The notes beneath the pieces were generated by a model that was not told the DNA's origin, searched no databases, and was given only the letters and a program-made list of their open reading frames with translations. A stretch of DNA of 64,000 bases. Source: Lytechinus pictus (taxonomy: Eukaryota). Position 1 is the stretch's first letter. Each line of letters begins with the position of its first letter. Location of the stretch: positions 9,302,001 to 9,366,000 of the forward strand of contig NC_087245.1 of the NCBI RefSeq assembly GCF_037042905.1. The letters run 5' to 3'. Below, in pieces: positions 39,449 to 53,090 of this stretch. A program made the position numbers and the translations under genes.

Positions 39449-41562
39449 TTTTATCGTGGTTCATTATATTTTCATAATTCTTCGTCTATCAATCATATTC
39501 AATAGTAAAAAAAAACAAGTTGAATGTCTTTCTTGATCAATCTTATTCTGTAAAATGTGTTTAAATTAGGCTTAGTTTTAAGCATGGAGCTATTATTTTT
39601 AAGTGATGTTGGTACATCTGCATTTCAGCATTAAAAAACATCCATTTATTTGGCTGTTTTGTATATTTCATGTCAGGGGTATTATAGTCCACAGTGCATT
39701 AACTTGGTTTTGCAAGGAATTAGTCTATGATAACTTTTTTTGAACATGTGTCTCATATATTCGAAAATATATGAGTATTCGTGAATAAACGATCAGGTAT
39801 CAATTCATAAGGAGAGTGATTAGACAGAGAGTTTGGACCGACCGTAAACGATTTCTATCACGCATCTGAAATAGGCTGTCTATAAGATGAAAAGATGTAC
39901 CCTTCAATGGTAAATGGCAAATTATGATGTCGCTACTTTGTTGCTAATAACATATAACTCCTTACTGTATTGAGACAGATCAATCCATCTTTGAGCTACT
40001 TATAACAATATATACCAAGATAATTTACAACTTCGTGTTACACTCAATACTATATTTGTAAAGAAATATGCATATAATTATTTAGCCATCTCTTCGATAA
40101 TACACTGTCCTTTAGATAGTAACAACGCTTTATTATGCGAAAGCCTCAACAACAACAAATCTCATATCAAAACAAATTCTAAATTTAGGATATTTATGTT
40201 AACATCCAGCTAGTTTATTATCGAATGTGTCTTATATCAATACAATAATTGTGTTACCATTCGGTATTACCTGTCCTTAAGGACAAGTTCAAATTCATAC
40301 AGTTTCTAAAACTTTTGAGAAGCCGTTAAAAACCTGTGACCTATTTTAGGGTAGTAACGAATGTGGTCTATCTATGAGGAGTATGTTCTCAATTACCCCG
40401 TTATGCTCATCCAGAACACACGATTGAGCTCAAAACTCGGATAAGCTTTCGAAATTCATTCTGACAGCGTTTTTCTTTGCCCGATCCCGAAAGGCCGATG
40501 TGAAAAATAATGATTCACCCGTTAATCAGGTCGGAAATCGTTCAAAATCTGAATATTAACAACACAACACGGCAATCGCAAAACTACACACAGGAAAAAT
40601 TAGTTTCAAAGCCCCCGGCGATTGTCATACCTTTGTTGCATTAATATAGGGGCGATAATTTGGCAAGAGGGTCGAAATAAAGTTGTTGACATATAATAAA
40701 TTATATAATTCTGACAGTAATGCAGAGATTTGACAGGCCTGTCATTGTTTTGTATATAACTAATTGCATGGAGTCGTTATTGTCGAAGTTCCGAGTTAAA
40801 TGGATATAGTGTCTACAATTGTTAAACTGAGATATGCAGGTACATGTGACGTATCGAAACTATGGATGTTAAAGGACAGGAATTATATGGAAATTATTCA
40901 AAATTCAGTGTTACGCGATTAAGACAGGGGATTTTATCATCATAATTGATTTCTTCTTTTATTGCTATATTTCAAACATAATCATTTTACATTACTTTAC
41001 TTCATTCCGCATAATTACAGTCACTAACATTCTCATAAATATAGCCTTGATTTAACTGTCTCTTTTTTCATATCGTCAACCCCTATTTCTGCCCCGTATC
41101 CATCTATAATTTCTTTTATTGATCCATCCACATATTTCCAACATAATTATCTTCAATATAAAAGTTGTAATAAAATCCAGTTTGATACTACAAGCTCACT
41201 CAAGTCGGAAATTGTTGGGTAGTAATCGTCATACAGAAATAAGTTTGCATTTCCTCAACAAAAACTTACATTTGCTATATTCATGATATTGTGAATCGGA
41301 TATACGAAACTTGCTTATGGGGAAAGGTTGATATATTCATAATATGGGTGACGAGGGTTCTATGAATTATTCTCAAAGATTGTTAACATAATCGTATGTG
41401 TAGATTAGAGATAAGTAACGTCATCAAAAAGCAATCAACAATCATCACTCTCAGAGCAGGTTCTCTTTTCTTTTGTTACGTGAATCTATCCCCATTGGCA
41501 AAGCAGATGGCATTGTTTTCTTTATTGAGATTTAACGTTCTTCGCTCTTAGTTTTAAAGATA

Positions 41563-41571
41563 ATATATATA

Positions 41572-41605
<34 letters not shown>
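41563..41605. repeat. (TA)n microsatellite
   Basis: TA dinucleotide run. Confidence 0.95.
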
Positions 41606-41608
<3 letters not shown>

Positions 41609-44473
41609 TATTGTTTGTATTTTGCATATACGAAATCAATATATTATCATTGTTATAATTACTTATGTAGTGCCTAACATTTTATTTATCAGGAGTCTAT
41701 TAGCGCTTGGAATTTATAAAATGAATACAACATGAATCTATGTTATAAGTACTATTATATTTGATTGTTGGTTTTCTTTTCACATCTTTTCTTTATAGAG
41801 TATATCGTATGTACCCATGCAGGCCGGAGTGCATGTGATGGGACTGTCGCAATGGTTATCAAAAACACTAATCAATTTTACCGCAAGTCTATGCTTTTAT
41901 ATACCAAGTTTTATTACTTTGATAGTAAAATGACGGTCTAAAATACTTTTTCAAAGAAATCATTTTGATGTAAAGATTAAACATAAAACGTTGAACCTAA
42001 AATGTAGAACTCAACGTATCAAATATCAAGGCAAGTCCTTTCGGATCTCTCAATTCTCTTTTTCATTAATTTTGCAAATTATAATATCTGGGGAAACAAC
42101 CATTTGCTAGTGACTGTTTTTTCCTAGAAAAAAATCTGGGGAGAAATTATTATTTGAATTTACTCAATACAGGACTTGGTAATTCTTTGAGATGATAGAT
42201 CGACACTTATTTTTATCGCAAAATTTGAGACTTTGGAAATAGGAATATGTATCATCGTTTCGTTTGTAGTTATGTTGAGATGAGAAAGCTTGGTATTATT
42301 TTGAATGTATCTCAGTACTTTAAGTAGACTGTCTAACATCGCAGACGGTAGCGATACAAACTAACGAAGCGGGTTCATTTCTCCGATAAGGATAAAAAAC
42401 GCTATCCCCTTCTTTTTCATAGCACTAACGAAGACAAACTATATGTGAACTTTTTACCGTGGCGCTGTTAAGATTCATGATTAACACGAGGGGATTAAAA
42501 CGTGATAAATGATAAGATTTGTGAACAGATTAAGAAAATACTGCCACCGTATCCATAACAAACTGCTCGTTTTCTTTTATGCTATTGTAATCCCTGAATG
42601 TATTTCTTTAAATGTTAGTGACTTATCCATGCATAGTTGTTCCTAAGAAAAAAAAGAACTGATGTGCAATCACTGTTCCAATCACATCTAATTAGTTTTC
42701 TAACATTCAACGTACTCTTACTTTTTCAAACTTTATCCCCATCTGATATCCCTGACATTTCATTTTGTACTATTATATAAACTTGGGCTCTTGGTGCCTG
42801 TTTTTCTCGTCTTTGGCAATTCGTGTTGATCTTATGCCCTGCCTTTCTCCTCCTTTTCTGATAAATGTCTAAAGCATATCAACATGTTATTGCAGTCAGA
42901 ATCCTCGTTAGTTATGTTCGCCACGTAAATATGATAAGTGTTGTTTGATTTTCTTGCTTTATTTCTTTTGGTAAAAGAGAAATACATCCCTCCTCTTATG
43001 CACAATTACTATTCTTAAATCTAAAATAACCTCACTTATGCTTTCCCCTCTTACATATCTTACAAACAAACATAACAAACAGAGTGATATTTCTGAACGA
43101 GTAGACACAACAAGCGAAAGAAATGGTATTTTACGGGCTACTAACGAGTTGAGGAGCCGCCTCTAAAGAGAACGTGTAGAAGCGGCAGGCCGCCAATAGA
43201 TGCCTTTCGCGTATTTGGAGCTCATTGTGTTGGCTTTCGCACCTTTTCTTCACTTCTACCAAAGACAGATAAATGCGTCCTCAAATAAACACACAAAGGC
43301 GGCTCCAGAAATTGTGGCTAATGCTTCCCTAAAAAGAAGGCTTGAGTTAAAGCTGAGAAAAAGAAAGAGTATTAGGTAGTCGGTTGGCGTTGAGCTTTCG
43401 TTGAGAGGATGCTCTCCCTCGTACTTTTCGGCGTACTTCAAAAGGGATTTCCACACTTTCTCAAAAGCGAGAAATCTAACGAATCGCGGATGAAAACAGT
43501 TGAAATGTAGAGTGTCTGTGAGGCTGAGTCGTGGTGAAACTCGGGTCCACGTCTCTAGCTAGCATTTATCAGCTACAGATTCATTAATTACGCTCATGGG
43601 TTTGGTGCTGAGACGATTAACGCCACGCATTGGTGCTTTGATGCTTAAAGCATTGACAGAGTAGGGAGTGTGAGCGAACCATTACTTTCTCAAGCATTTG
43701 GTTTAGGTATCAAACATTTATCCCGCGGCAAACAACAAAAGGAACCCGAAAAATAATCACAACAATTTATTGACCGACTTATCATCAAGCTAAACCGTCT
43801 TTCTTAAACAAATCACGCTTAAACTAAAGAGGCATACAGCGTAGAAAATACCGTTAGGAAAGTAAATTCACTAGAGAAATGGTTCGGTAAATAATAACCA
43901 TTTACCCCTTATCATATCGTCTCTCATTTTGGTTCCCTTTGATAATCTGTTAATGACGAAATAATTAGTTTCTAAATTGTGACCACCATTTGGTTAACAC
44001 TTTCATATTCCAATTATCTGGCTTAATGAATCAGAAAAGAAGATTAAGTAGAATTTTAAAAAACTAGGTCGTTTCATTTCAAAGATAAATTAAAGATAAA
44101 TCAATTTGTTTCCATTGCCATTGGCTTGATATAAAACATGCTAAAGTATTTGAAAGCAAACAATATGTTTCAAAACTATGAATTGAACCTTTTCTTTTCA
44201 TTATCCTTGCAATTTACAGATCTATGCCTAAGACCTATGATAAATGATACTTATCATATTAACAAAAACATTTTGGGCATGAATTTCATACAGGCAATAT
44301 AATTAAAGGTTTCCATTATTTCATAGTAACATTGCAGATGTTTAAATTGTTCATATAGTCTGAATAGTGATTAAATATGTATGAGGTTTATATTACCGGT
44401 CATTTAAGAGTATCCAGATAATGTTACTGAAAAATATTAATCACGCAGTTATCATTGCATAGGTCAACGGATA

Positions 44474-44712
44474 CACAGCAAAAACTGCGGTGTTAACCGG
44501 TGTACATAGAGGACCACACCAGTGATTTTACACCGGTGTTAAATTGACAGTGTTAGTTTAGCACCTATAGGTGTTATTGCAACACCTTTGGTTGTTACAT
44601 GTACACTCTTTGGTGTTATATTCAATCTCTAGGGTGTAATTTTAACACCAGAGGGTGTGGTCTTCTATTAACACCCACTGGTGTCAGTTTTAACACCACA
44701 GTTTTTACAGTG
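44474..44712. mobile_element. CAC-terminal MITE with a TA TSD
   Basis: TA-CACAGCAAAAACTGCGGTGTTAA ... TTAACACCACAGTTTTTACAGTG-TA; internal GGTGTT/AACACC repeats. Confidence 0.88.
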
Positions 44713-47525
44713 TACATCGAAAATTATATTTTTTTAGATAATTTGCGTACATTTTGCAAAATTTCTTATTCGAAAATCTAATCAAACCATTTGTGGGGAA
44801 AAACCATGGTCAAAGTATGTGGTATAATCATGAAAATGGGTTTGAATTATCTGCGGTAAAAGTAAACACTATATATAGTACATGATTTTCACACAATGTC
44901 AAAGCGTTTTAATAATGTATGTCAACTTTTATTGGGTATTATTAACCTATTGATGTTATAAATCAGTCATCAGTATTCGATGTATACTTTGCTTAAAAGC
45001 AACAGAAAATATTTGTTAAAATTGTCAATTTTCGTGAGGGGTTGTCTTCATTTTGCATTTATCGATTTCTGACCTCGGTCGGATAACTTTTTTCATGAAC
45101 AAGTGGAATTGAGACAGAATCATATTTGAGTTTTTGCAATTACATTGCCATATAAATCATGAACAGGAAATGTTTTTCAGTATTTGGTTTGCGGTATCTT
45201 CATTTCAAAATTCATTTCGGGTCAGCTTTTCTACGTAATATTATACCTTATTTTTCTTTGATAAATCAGTTCGACTGAAAGAGAATTAATGTTTTATTGC
45301 AGATCGTTCAACCCGGGTCAAATTCATATTTCGCTTCTTCGTTGTTGATTTATTGTTTTACAAATACGCAGATGTATATAATTATGTTTGAAATATGGTC
45401 TCCTATTCCGTTTGCTTCCGCTTCTATCATAAAGTGGGTGGTCTCACTTTTTACTAATATTTCGACTTACTTTTTGTTCCCCGTATTTCCTCAAAATTCA
45501 TGTGTTTGTATATCCATACGCACCCATTTAGAGGGAGGTCTTTTTTTCTTCGTTTCCTTTCTTTCCTTCTCGTCATTTTTGTGGTTGACACGTTTGACTC
45601 CAAAATTTAACCAGAGTAAAAAAAAAATCACGAAAATATTGGGATGACTTTTTCTCTATAGGGATGAGGGGCCTATTGTGTTGTATTCGCAGTGCTGTTT
45701 CAAGGCGACGCGCGCACGTGTCGATAAAACAACACGCACACACGAACACGCGTCAGTGCGTGTGTGCTACGTCTACAACACAAACCAGACCATTCTGACA
45801 AGTTATAATTTTCTTGTTGAGTACTCGATCTCAAGAAAGGGAAAATTTGGGAAATAAAGAAATATTAAGGGACGCTCGAAAGGCAACAACCTTCTGTAAT
45901 TTTGCATTTATCGAACAATAAAAGACTGTTTCGCCTTGTGTTCATACAAGGAGTCCCAAGGAGCGCATCTTGACTCTAATTTTCCATCGAGTGCGTGTTA
46001 CTTAATGTCTAACCTTCTAATAATCACTATACTGAGTACAAAGTCGATAAAAAAAAGGGTAATTATTCAAGGGTGAGAAATGGACCTACAATTTCACACT
46101 AAAATGTTATGAAGGATCATGATCCGAAATGATAGATATTAAAGTTACTCAGATAAATGTTTCTGTGACGGTATGACGATCATCAAGTCTCTTGTCATCA
46201 TCCCAGCGCAGTATCACACCATGCAACCTCTCTCATTTTATCTTCCCCTACCACTCAATGCAGCTGCAGATGTATGAATGATGAGACTTTCTACTTATTT
46301 TGACACGCATTACAATCTTGAGTCGAGATGAAATTTTCCCCCATTTTCTCCCAATTGGCGGGTCAGACATCATTTCTGTCTCTCTCAAATTTGTCGGGTT
46401 CAAATTGGCGACCACCCCCATGCTTCTTTTATATTTCATTGAATAAGAAATCTCTATTGAACCACTTAGCTGAGATCAAATGGGAATATGACGGACACAA
46501 TGCCTCTATTATAAAGAAAATCTTGAAAGTGAAATTAAAACATAACTTTTGCCCCTAAAATCAAGGCCGCTATAAAAAAGAGTCTCCATTGTAAGTAGTC
46601 ATCATCAGCGTCGCAATCGTTAAAACAACCATCATTAATCAGATAACATCACCATTATCATTTATAATGTTAATTTATCATTATCTTCTCCTTTTGCAGA
46701 ACGCTTCTCACTTTTTACTCTCTTGCTCTCCCTCTCTCTCTCTCTATCTCTCTCTCTTTCTTTTCTACTCAAATGTTATCCTTCCCTAATCCTTGCTTTA
46801 CCCTTCTCTACTTTATATTTGTTTCATTATATCATTCATGTTTACTTATTTGATGAGTAAACATTTGTCAATCTTCTATCATCTATCTTTCTTCCTTTCA
46901 TACCTTCTCCTCTCACCCATCTTCATCCCTTCCTCCCTTCCTATCCACTTCTTTTCATCTCATTTTACACCAAGCCAATGTGAGATCAGTCGGAGAGGGA
47001 AAATCGTTTCTTCCCATCGACTTTCGGCGTTCACAAGTTAAGATCAGAGGTGACATCTTAATTTCATTAGCAGAAAGTTAAACTAAACACACAGGTGAAT
47101 GATATGATGATACAGGGATAGACACGCCAGTACGGGTAATATGAAACAGCTAATTGACTACACCTCACTGCACCATCCATCCGTCTATCTGTCAAAAGGA
47201 GTATTTTATTCAATTTCTACCGATTTATTTCTGAGAGTGGGTTTGATTGCGAGACGCCAGGTTGAGGTTTATGCTAATCAAGTGTTTGCATTTCATATCA
47301 CGTATTGGTTTTTTTTTTCTTAATCTTTTGGCAGCGTTTAAGGATTGATGCTACGATTGTCTTTATGAAAATGATAGCCGTACGAGTAGAGATGGACGTG
47401 ATTTTCTATATTAAATGCTTTTTCAGAAAACTACTTTTATCCTTAATTTGCCCGTTTCAGTATGTATACTATTTGTACGATGTTAACAGACATTTAACTC
47501 TTGGTTAACATATAAACTTCCCTGT

Positions 47526-47748
47526 GTCATCTTTCTAACAACTTAATAAATTCCATTTCTATCTCAAACATTCCCTTTTCTTCTCACACACACACACACA
47601 TTCACACACACCCACACCCGCACACATAAACTCAAACGTCATCTTTCTAACAACTTATCAATTCAATTTCTGTCTCAAACATTTCCTTTTCTTCACACAC
47701 ATACGCACACACACACGCTCACCCACATCCGCACACATAAACTCAAAC
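47526..47748. repeat. Tandem duplication, about 112-bp unit, 2 copies, including a CA tract
   Basis: GTCATCTTTCTAACAACTTA...CGCACACATAAACTCAAAC at 47526 and 47638. Confidence 0.9.
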
Positions 47749-49420
47749 GCACGCGCGCGCGACGCCGCCTCTCTCCCTCTCAGCATCCACCTTTCACCTT
47801 GTATACTCCTCTTACGCTAACATCTTTCAAAGTTATCACACCCCCTTCTACTTCTCCCTCTCTCTCTCTCTCTCTCTTTCTTTCTTTATTTATTTCTTCC
47901 TTTCCCTATCCCTCTTGTTTGTCCTTTACCCTCTATTTTTCCCACCCTCTCTAGTTCATTTCCATTCGTCACCCCCTCCCCCTCGCTGTCTCTCCTCTTT
48001 CGCCTTGCCCATCTTCTCCGTTCGTCCAATGATCGTCGTCGAACGGCTGAGTGCGATGGTTAGAGTGTGGGTCAAACCGATGTTAGCTAGGGGAGGGAAA
48101 TAGCTTCAGAAACATCGAGATATTTAAAGACTCAGTCTCTTTAACCCATTCCCTACTAGAAGAGAGAACAATAAAAGTTAAAGCATAAAAGGTCAGAACT
48201 TAGTAATGTTAGTGGGTTAACAGTTTACTATAGTTCTGCACAAATAAATCCTAGATGAACATACATTTATTTTATATCTTCGCTCCTGCGGTCCACTCGC
48301 CCGATACAAAGAACATATTTCAGACGCATTTTGATATCTTCTTATTATATAATAACATTGAGATGAATGATTTGATTTGATCAACTGAGCATTTCTTATA
48401 ATATTACAAAGATGAATTAGAATATAATGGGTTTTTTCGATGAATTGTCAATTTATTAGGTCACGAAAATATATCATACATTTTTAAAATCATAATGACA
48501 ACTATTTTTCAATTACAAGATTTTTCTGTAAAAAAATTGTTTATATATATATGTTGGTTTTTTTTTTTGTCTATTCTCTACGTGATTTGGTAAAAGCTCG
48601 AAATATGAAAGATTAAAACTCGAAATAAACACGACCTTGATTTGGCAGATATTTGATACGGAGATACCAAAATAAATGCAAATAAAAACATACTTAAAGT
48701 GATGATCTAAAATTCGGACAGGTCGATGAACTTATGAAATTTATCACATGAGGCTTTTGTCGATGGAAAAGAAGCTTTTACGCCATGAATGAAATACTGC
48801 AACTAGCTTAAAAGGATACTGATGAAAGGAAACACATTTATAATGTTACGGAAGAGATCATTATTTCCGACATGGGTTTCGTTGCACGCCAATTATGATT
48901 ATCCAGTTTACTTATGGTGTGGATTTTGTCACATTTGAAATAATAAGGGAGGTGGTTGCTTTTGAGGGCGTATTGTTGGCTACTAATGGCTAGGAGTGAC
49001 CCCATGGACACACGTCACTCACCCATCGTGCATTAATCAATCGATTAGGAGATTCTATAGAAAAGAAAGCTATTCAATATCACTTTTGTGTAGAAGACAG
49101 CAAGGTGATAACCTTCTACAAACTAACCAGACTGGTGATCGATCTCTGTTTTTTTTTTCCTTTCAGGGAACATTTATCAAGTCACGTTCTGGTAACTTTC
49201 CTTCAACCCTATCCTCCTCTTCAACTCTTTTTTCTTTATTTACTTTCTTTGAAGAAAGGGGTGATTGCAGAGTCCAAGGTCATCGGGGTTGTTCGGGACA
49301 GTACCCTTACCTAGACAAGGGGTGTAGCCAATATTGTCTCGCATCAATGCTCATGTATTCTCTTCTCATCACTCCCTTGATTTTAACGATTTTCTCTCCT
49401 ATGATATATAATTGACTTAA

Positions 49421-49594
49421 GTGTGTGTGTGTGTATTTGAGTTATGTCAGACGTATATCAATCAGATATGAATATTTACGTCTGTAACCGACCTTTAACG
49501 TCACCATCCGAAAGACGTGACCAGGGCTCGAACCTCTGCATCAATTTGTAACTTCCCCACAGCTTGGATTACAGGCGCACGCCACAACGCCCAG
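49421..49594 (-). mobile_element. Short SINE with a 7SL RNA/Alu-like head, B-box, Deu-domain fragment and (CA)n tail
   Basis: Minus strand: CTGGGCGTTGTGGCGTGCGCCTGTAATCCAAGCT (7SL 5' end is GCCGGGCGCGGTGGCGCGTGCCTGTAGTCCCAGCT), GGTTCGAGCCC B-box, CGTCTTTCGGATGGTGACGTTAAA, ends in (AC)7; TTAA(G) on both flanks. Confidence 0.75.
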
Positions 49595-49740
49595 TTAAGA
49601 ACGAAAAGGTGACTTTTAAGAAAAACGATGTGATAAGGAAATGTTCGTGAAAAAGATGTTAAAGTTGTGTGCCCAAACTCGGGGAGCGTAGATAACAGTT
49701 CCCTTTTAATGATAAAAACTTGATTTTCTTTCGTTAATCA

Positions 49741-49771
<31 letters not shown>

Positions 49772-49777
49772 TATATA
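49741..49777. repeat. (TA)n microsatellite
   Basis: TA dinucleotide run. Confidence 0.95.
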
Positions 49778-52420
49778 AGTGTTTGAATTAAATGGGATCA
49801 TGATGCGATTCACATGATAACTGTATACATAATACAAAATATTTAACGTTAACTTCTGTATCGTTTGATTTGAATAAAGAAGTTATTCTAGCCAAATGTG
49901 CTCGGCAAATAATTGATATCTTTTAATAAGACAATTAATTAAGCAACATGTTGTTTAATAAACCGATAAATTATTTCACTATAACATTTTCGGAAAAAAA
50001 TAACCGTTAACGGAATGGTTTTTATCATGAGTATTCACTAAATCTTTTAGTTCACTGTCTTGTATTTGTATAGTTTGATTGATTTGTTTTGCTAACGCAC
50101 AATATTCATCAAACCATCAAGAAATTGCCGGGGAGACAGTACTTCCCCAGGTTCAATCTTAAGTGAAAGCAGGGAGAAAAGTAATAAATGAATACCAATA
50201 ATCCAAATACAAATTCACAATCTTGAAATATAGCAGAATTAACACAAAATGAATTTTTCATAACCGAATATCGATTCGTGAATCATTTTCAATTTGAGTC
50301 GTTCGTTCTATGTCATAGCAAGCGAAGCAACCTCAACCAGTTTGCTACATCGCAACATCTATAGGACTGATAGGTGCCTCCCGTGTTCCTCGCAAGATCG
50401 TTTATTTTTCACAGCAGCGAATCCGCCCTCCGGTTGTATTGCTGCTAGAAATTAAAATTCCCGCTACTCCCCCATACAGGCCCAGGAATAACTGCATCCC
50501 GTATCTGGAGGGTGTTATCTAGCGTTCCAAATGCATAAAAGACTAGAAAAAGAGAGGGAGAAAGTGATGATTTATCGATGGGAATTGGGCATGATTCATT
50601 CATGTTTTCGATAAATCGATAACCCCGGTCATTTCTAGAGAGCTTTAATTAAGCAAGTTCCCCAGTCCACCGCCTTCATCAATTCGAGAGGGACGGTTTT
50701 TTTTCCTTCAGTTACAAATTTAAGAGAGTGACGGAGAGGGGAAATTTTCGGCGCCTTAATTTAGTGGTTGTTGACTCGAGAACACCATAAGAAATAAAGT
50801 GAGACGATGTATTTAGTTTCGTCTTGTTTGACCCCCCGCAAGCAAGTTCATTTTCAATTGCATATTTATTTCTTTATTTGTATTTGCTCTCTCTCTCTCT
50901 TTATTTCGATCTCTTTTTCCTTATTGTCCTCTAGTTTGTATACATGTGCTTAAAAATTCTTATTCTTAATTTTCTTTTCTTTTTGTCAACTTGCGTTTTC
51001 GAGATTCTGTCTCTTCGTCAGCAACAAGAGGACGTACATGAATAGAGTGTCTCAGAGTTTCCCTTTCCCTTTTTCAATGTTGCATCCTAACACTGTTTAT
51101 TTTGATCAAATTTTCCCTTTCTACTTTTCTTTACTGAATTTATTTTCCATGCTGTCTAAGAGTCGCTTTTTGATAATATTTTACGAATTATCACTCCTCG
51201 TTTGTCTGCTTGCAACATTTCAATATTATTTTTATTTTGTGTTTACTTTTCTCTGGGCATTTGTTTTCTTTTTTACTTTTTTCAGAATATCATGCACTTC
51301 AAAACATTATTTTGGCGATCAGTACTTGAATAAAATACATAAACCCATAGGCCTACTTCTGAATTTAATGTCAAACTGTGCATGTTGTTCATGGTCTCCG
51401 TTTTTATGGCCGTATTATGGATGTATTGACGAAAGTAGCAATCTGCGGAAGACGAGAAAACACGATGCCTTGGGCATGTTGGCTAAAGAATAATACACCC
51501 CCAACACATACACACACCCTCACACACACTCACACACCTCTGCTCCCCTCTCTCTCTCTCTCTCTCTCTTCTCTTTACTTTTTATCTCTCTATATTTTTC
51601 TCTCTATCGTTCTTTTTGTGTCTCTTCCCCTTCTCCTTCCTCCTCCCCTCTCATTCTAACACATAAGTCACTCACGATGAGCATCTCACATAGCACACCA
51701 TCCTTTCTTTATTTTCAGTTTTTAATGAACGAAAACGATGAATAAAATAAGGTGGTTATGATGAAGTGGGTCGATCACGGCAAACTGCAACTGTAGTCTG
51801 CAATGATCGACGACTATCGCCTTGCCACAAATAGATAAGATCTGACGGTGGTGGGGTAGCAAAAGTAGTTGCATCGTAGAAGAACAGACGGTTAGCTTTT
51901 ACAATTTATTAACACTTGGTGTTTCTCAATTGCTTTTCTTGGGGCTCTGTGTTTTTAGAAGCCATCGTCTTCTAGATATTATGGCATATTGGTTTTGTTT
52001 GTTTGTATTTGTGGAATATTGTTGGCTTTACAGTCCTCTAATTTGAAAGGTTTCACATAACTTTACAAAATCATTAAATCTATTGTAAGCAAGAAAGATT
52101 TATAAATGTGCTTTATTCCTGTCATTTGGCATTTCAAATTAAAAAGTTACAATTAGATACTCACAAGTAAAATCACTTTTGTGGCAGTTGTATTTTTAGA
52201 AATGTCTTGTATAGTTTACGCCATATTCCAAATTTCTTGGTTAAAAATGACAATTCACACCTTTTAAAGTAAAATGAAGATATGATGTTACAGTTTGTTT
52301 TGTAACATTATTTTTGTGCAACGACGATCAAAAGATGCTCCATTTCTATTTCATCGCTCAGTGATATGTTAACATGCTATTTTAGTCCGGCAATCAAGTG
52401 TGTGCTTATGACAGCCATAC

Positions 52421-53011
52421 TCAAAGGGACGGTCCGGGCTGAAAATATTCATATCTTAATACATAGAGCAGAATTCACTGAGCAAACTGCCGAAAAATTT
52501 CATCAAAATCGGACAACAAATGATAAAGTTATTGAAGTTTAAAATTTAGCAATATTTTGTGAAAACAGTCGTCATGAATACTCATTAGGTGGGCTGATGA
52601 TGTCACATCCCCACTTTCCGTTTTATTATGTTATTACATAAAATCATAATTTGTTCATTATTCCATACTTGTGTGAATAATATGTCTCCCTTATAATTGA
52701 ATAAGTTGCAGTAATAAATATCTAATGCACTAAATCAGTTGTCAATCCAATTTTGCTAGTTCTTGGAGGAAAAGATTTGAATAAACCTAATTTCATATAA
52801 TAAAATACAAAAGAACAAGTGGGGATGTGATATCATCAGCCCACCTAATGAATATTCATGACGACTGTTTTCACAAAATATTGCTAAACTTTAAAATTCA
52901 ATAACTTTTTTATTTGTTATCCGATTTTGATGAATTTATTGGCATTTGGCTTAGTGAATTCTACTCTATTTATTAAGCTATAAATACATTTAGCCCGGAC
53001 CATCCCTTTAA
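52421..53011. mobile_element. T2/Kolobok-type MITE with TIRs of about 200 bp
   Basis: TCAA-AGGGACGGTCCGGGCT ... AGCCCGGACCATCCCT-TTAA; the arms pair through TTAGCAATATTTTGTGAAAACAGTCGTCATGAATA...GGTGGGCTGATGATGTCACATCCCCACTT. Confidence 0.92.
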
Positions 53012-53090
53012 GTATCTCAATTTTCATCCTTCGGCCCACTTATTTTTTTATTAATGTTTGCTTTGAACGTTTTGCATGACTGTAAGCTAG

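Noticed and set aside
46700..46720. Splicing the MQ exon to this acceptor gives MQNASH, reminiscent of the Pax6 N-terminus
   Set aside because: The frame runs straight into a CT microsatellite with no paired domain, so the resemblance is coincidental.
49530..49594. Functional 7SL/SRP RNA gene or human Alu contamination
   Set aside because: Similarity stops after about 35-40 nt. There is no S domain, no Alu dimer and no A-tail, and the segment is embedded in host-like sequence next to a Deu-like block.
51038..51493. Longest ORFs in the track (151 aa here; also 48996-49415, 62858-63280 and 33459-33860)
   Set aside because: They are F/L/S-rich translations of pyrimidine-rich low-complexity DNA, with no recognisable domain or supported splice structure.
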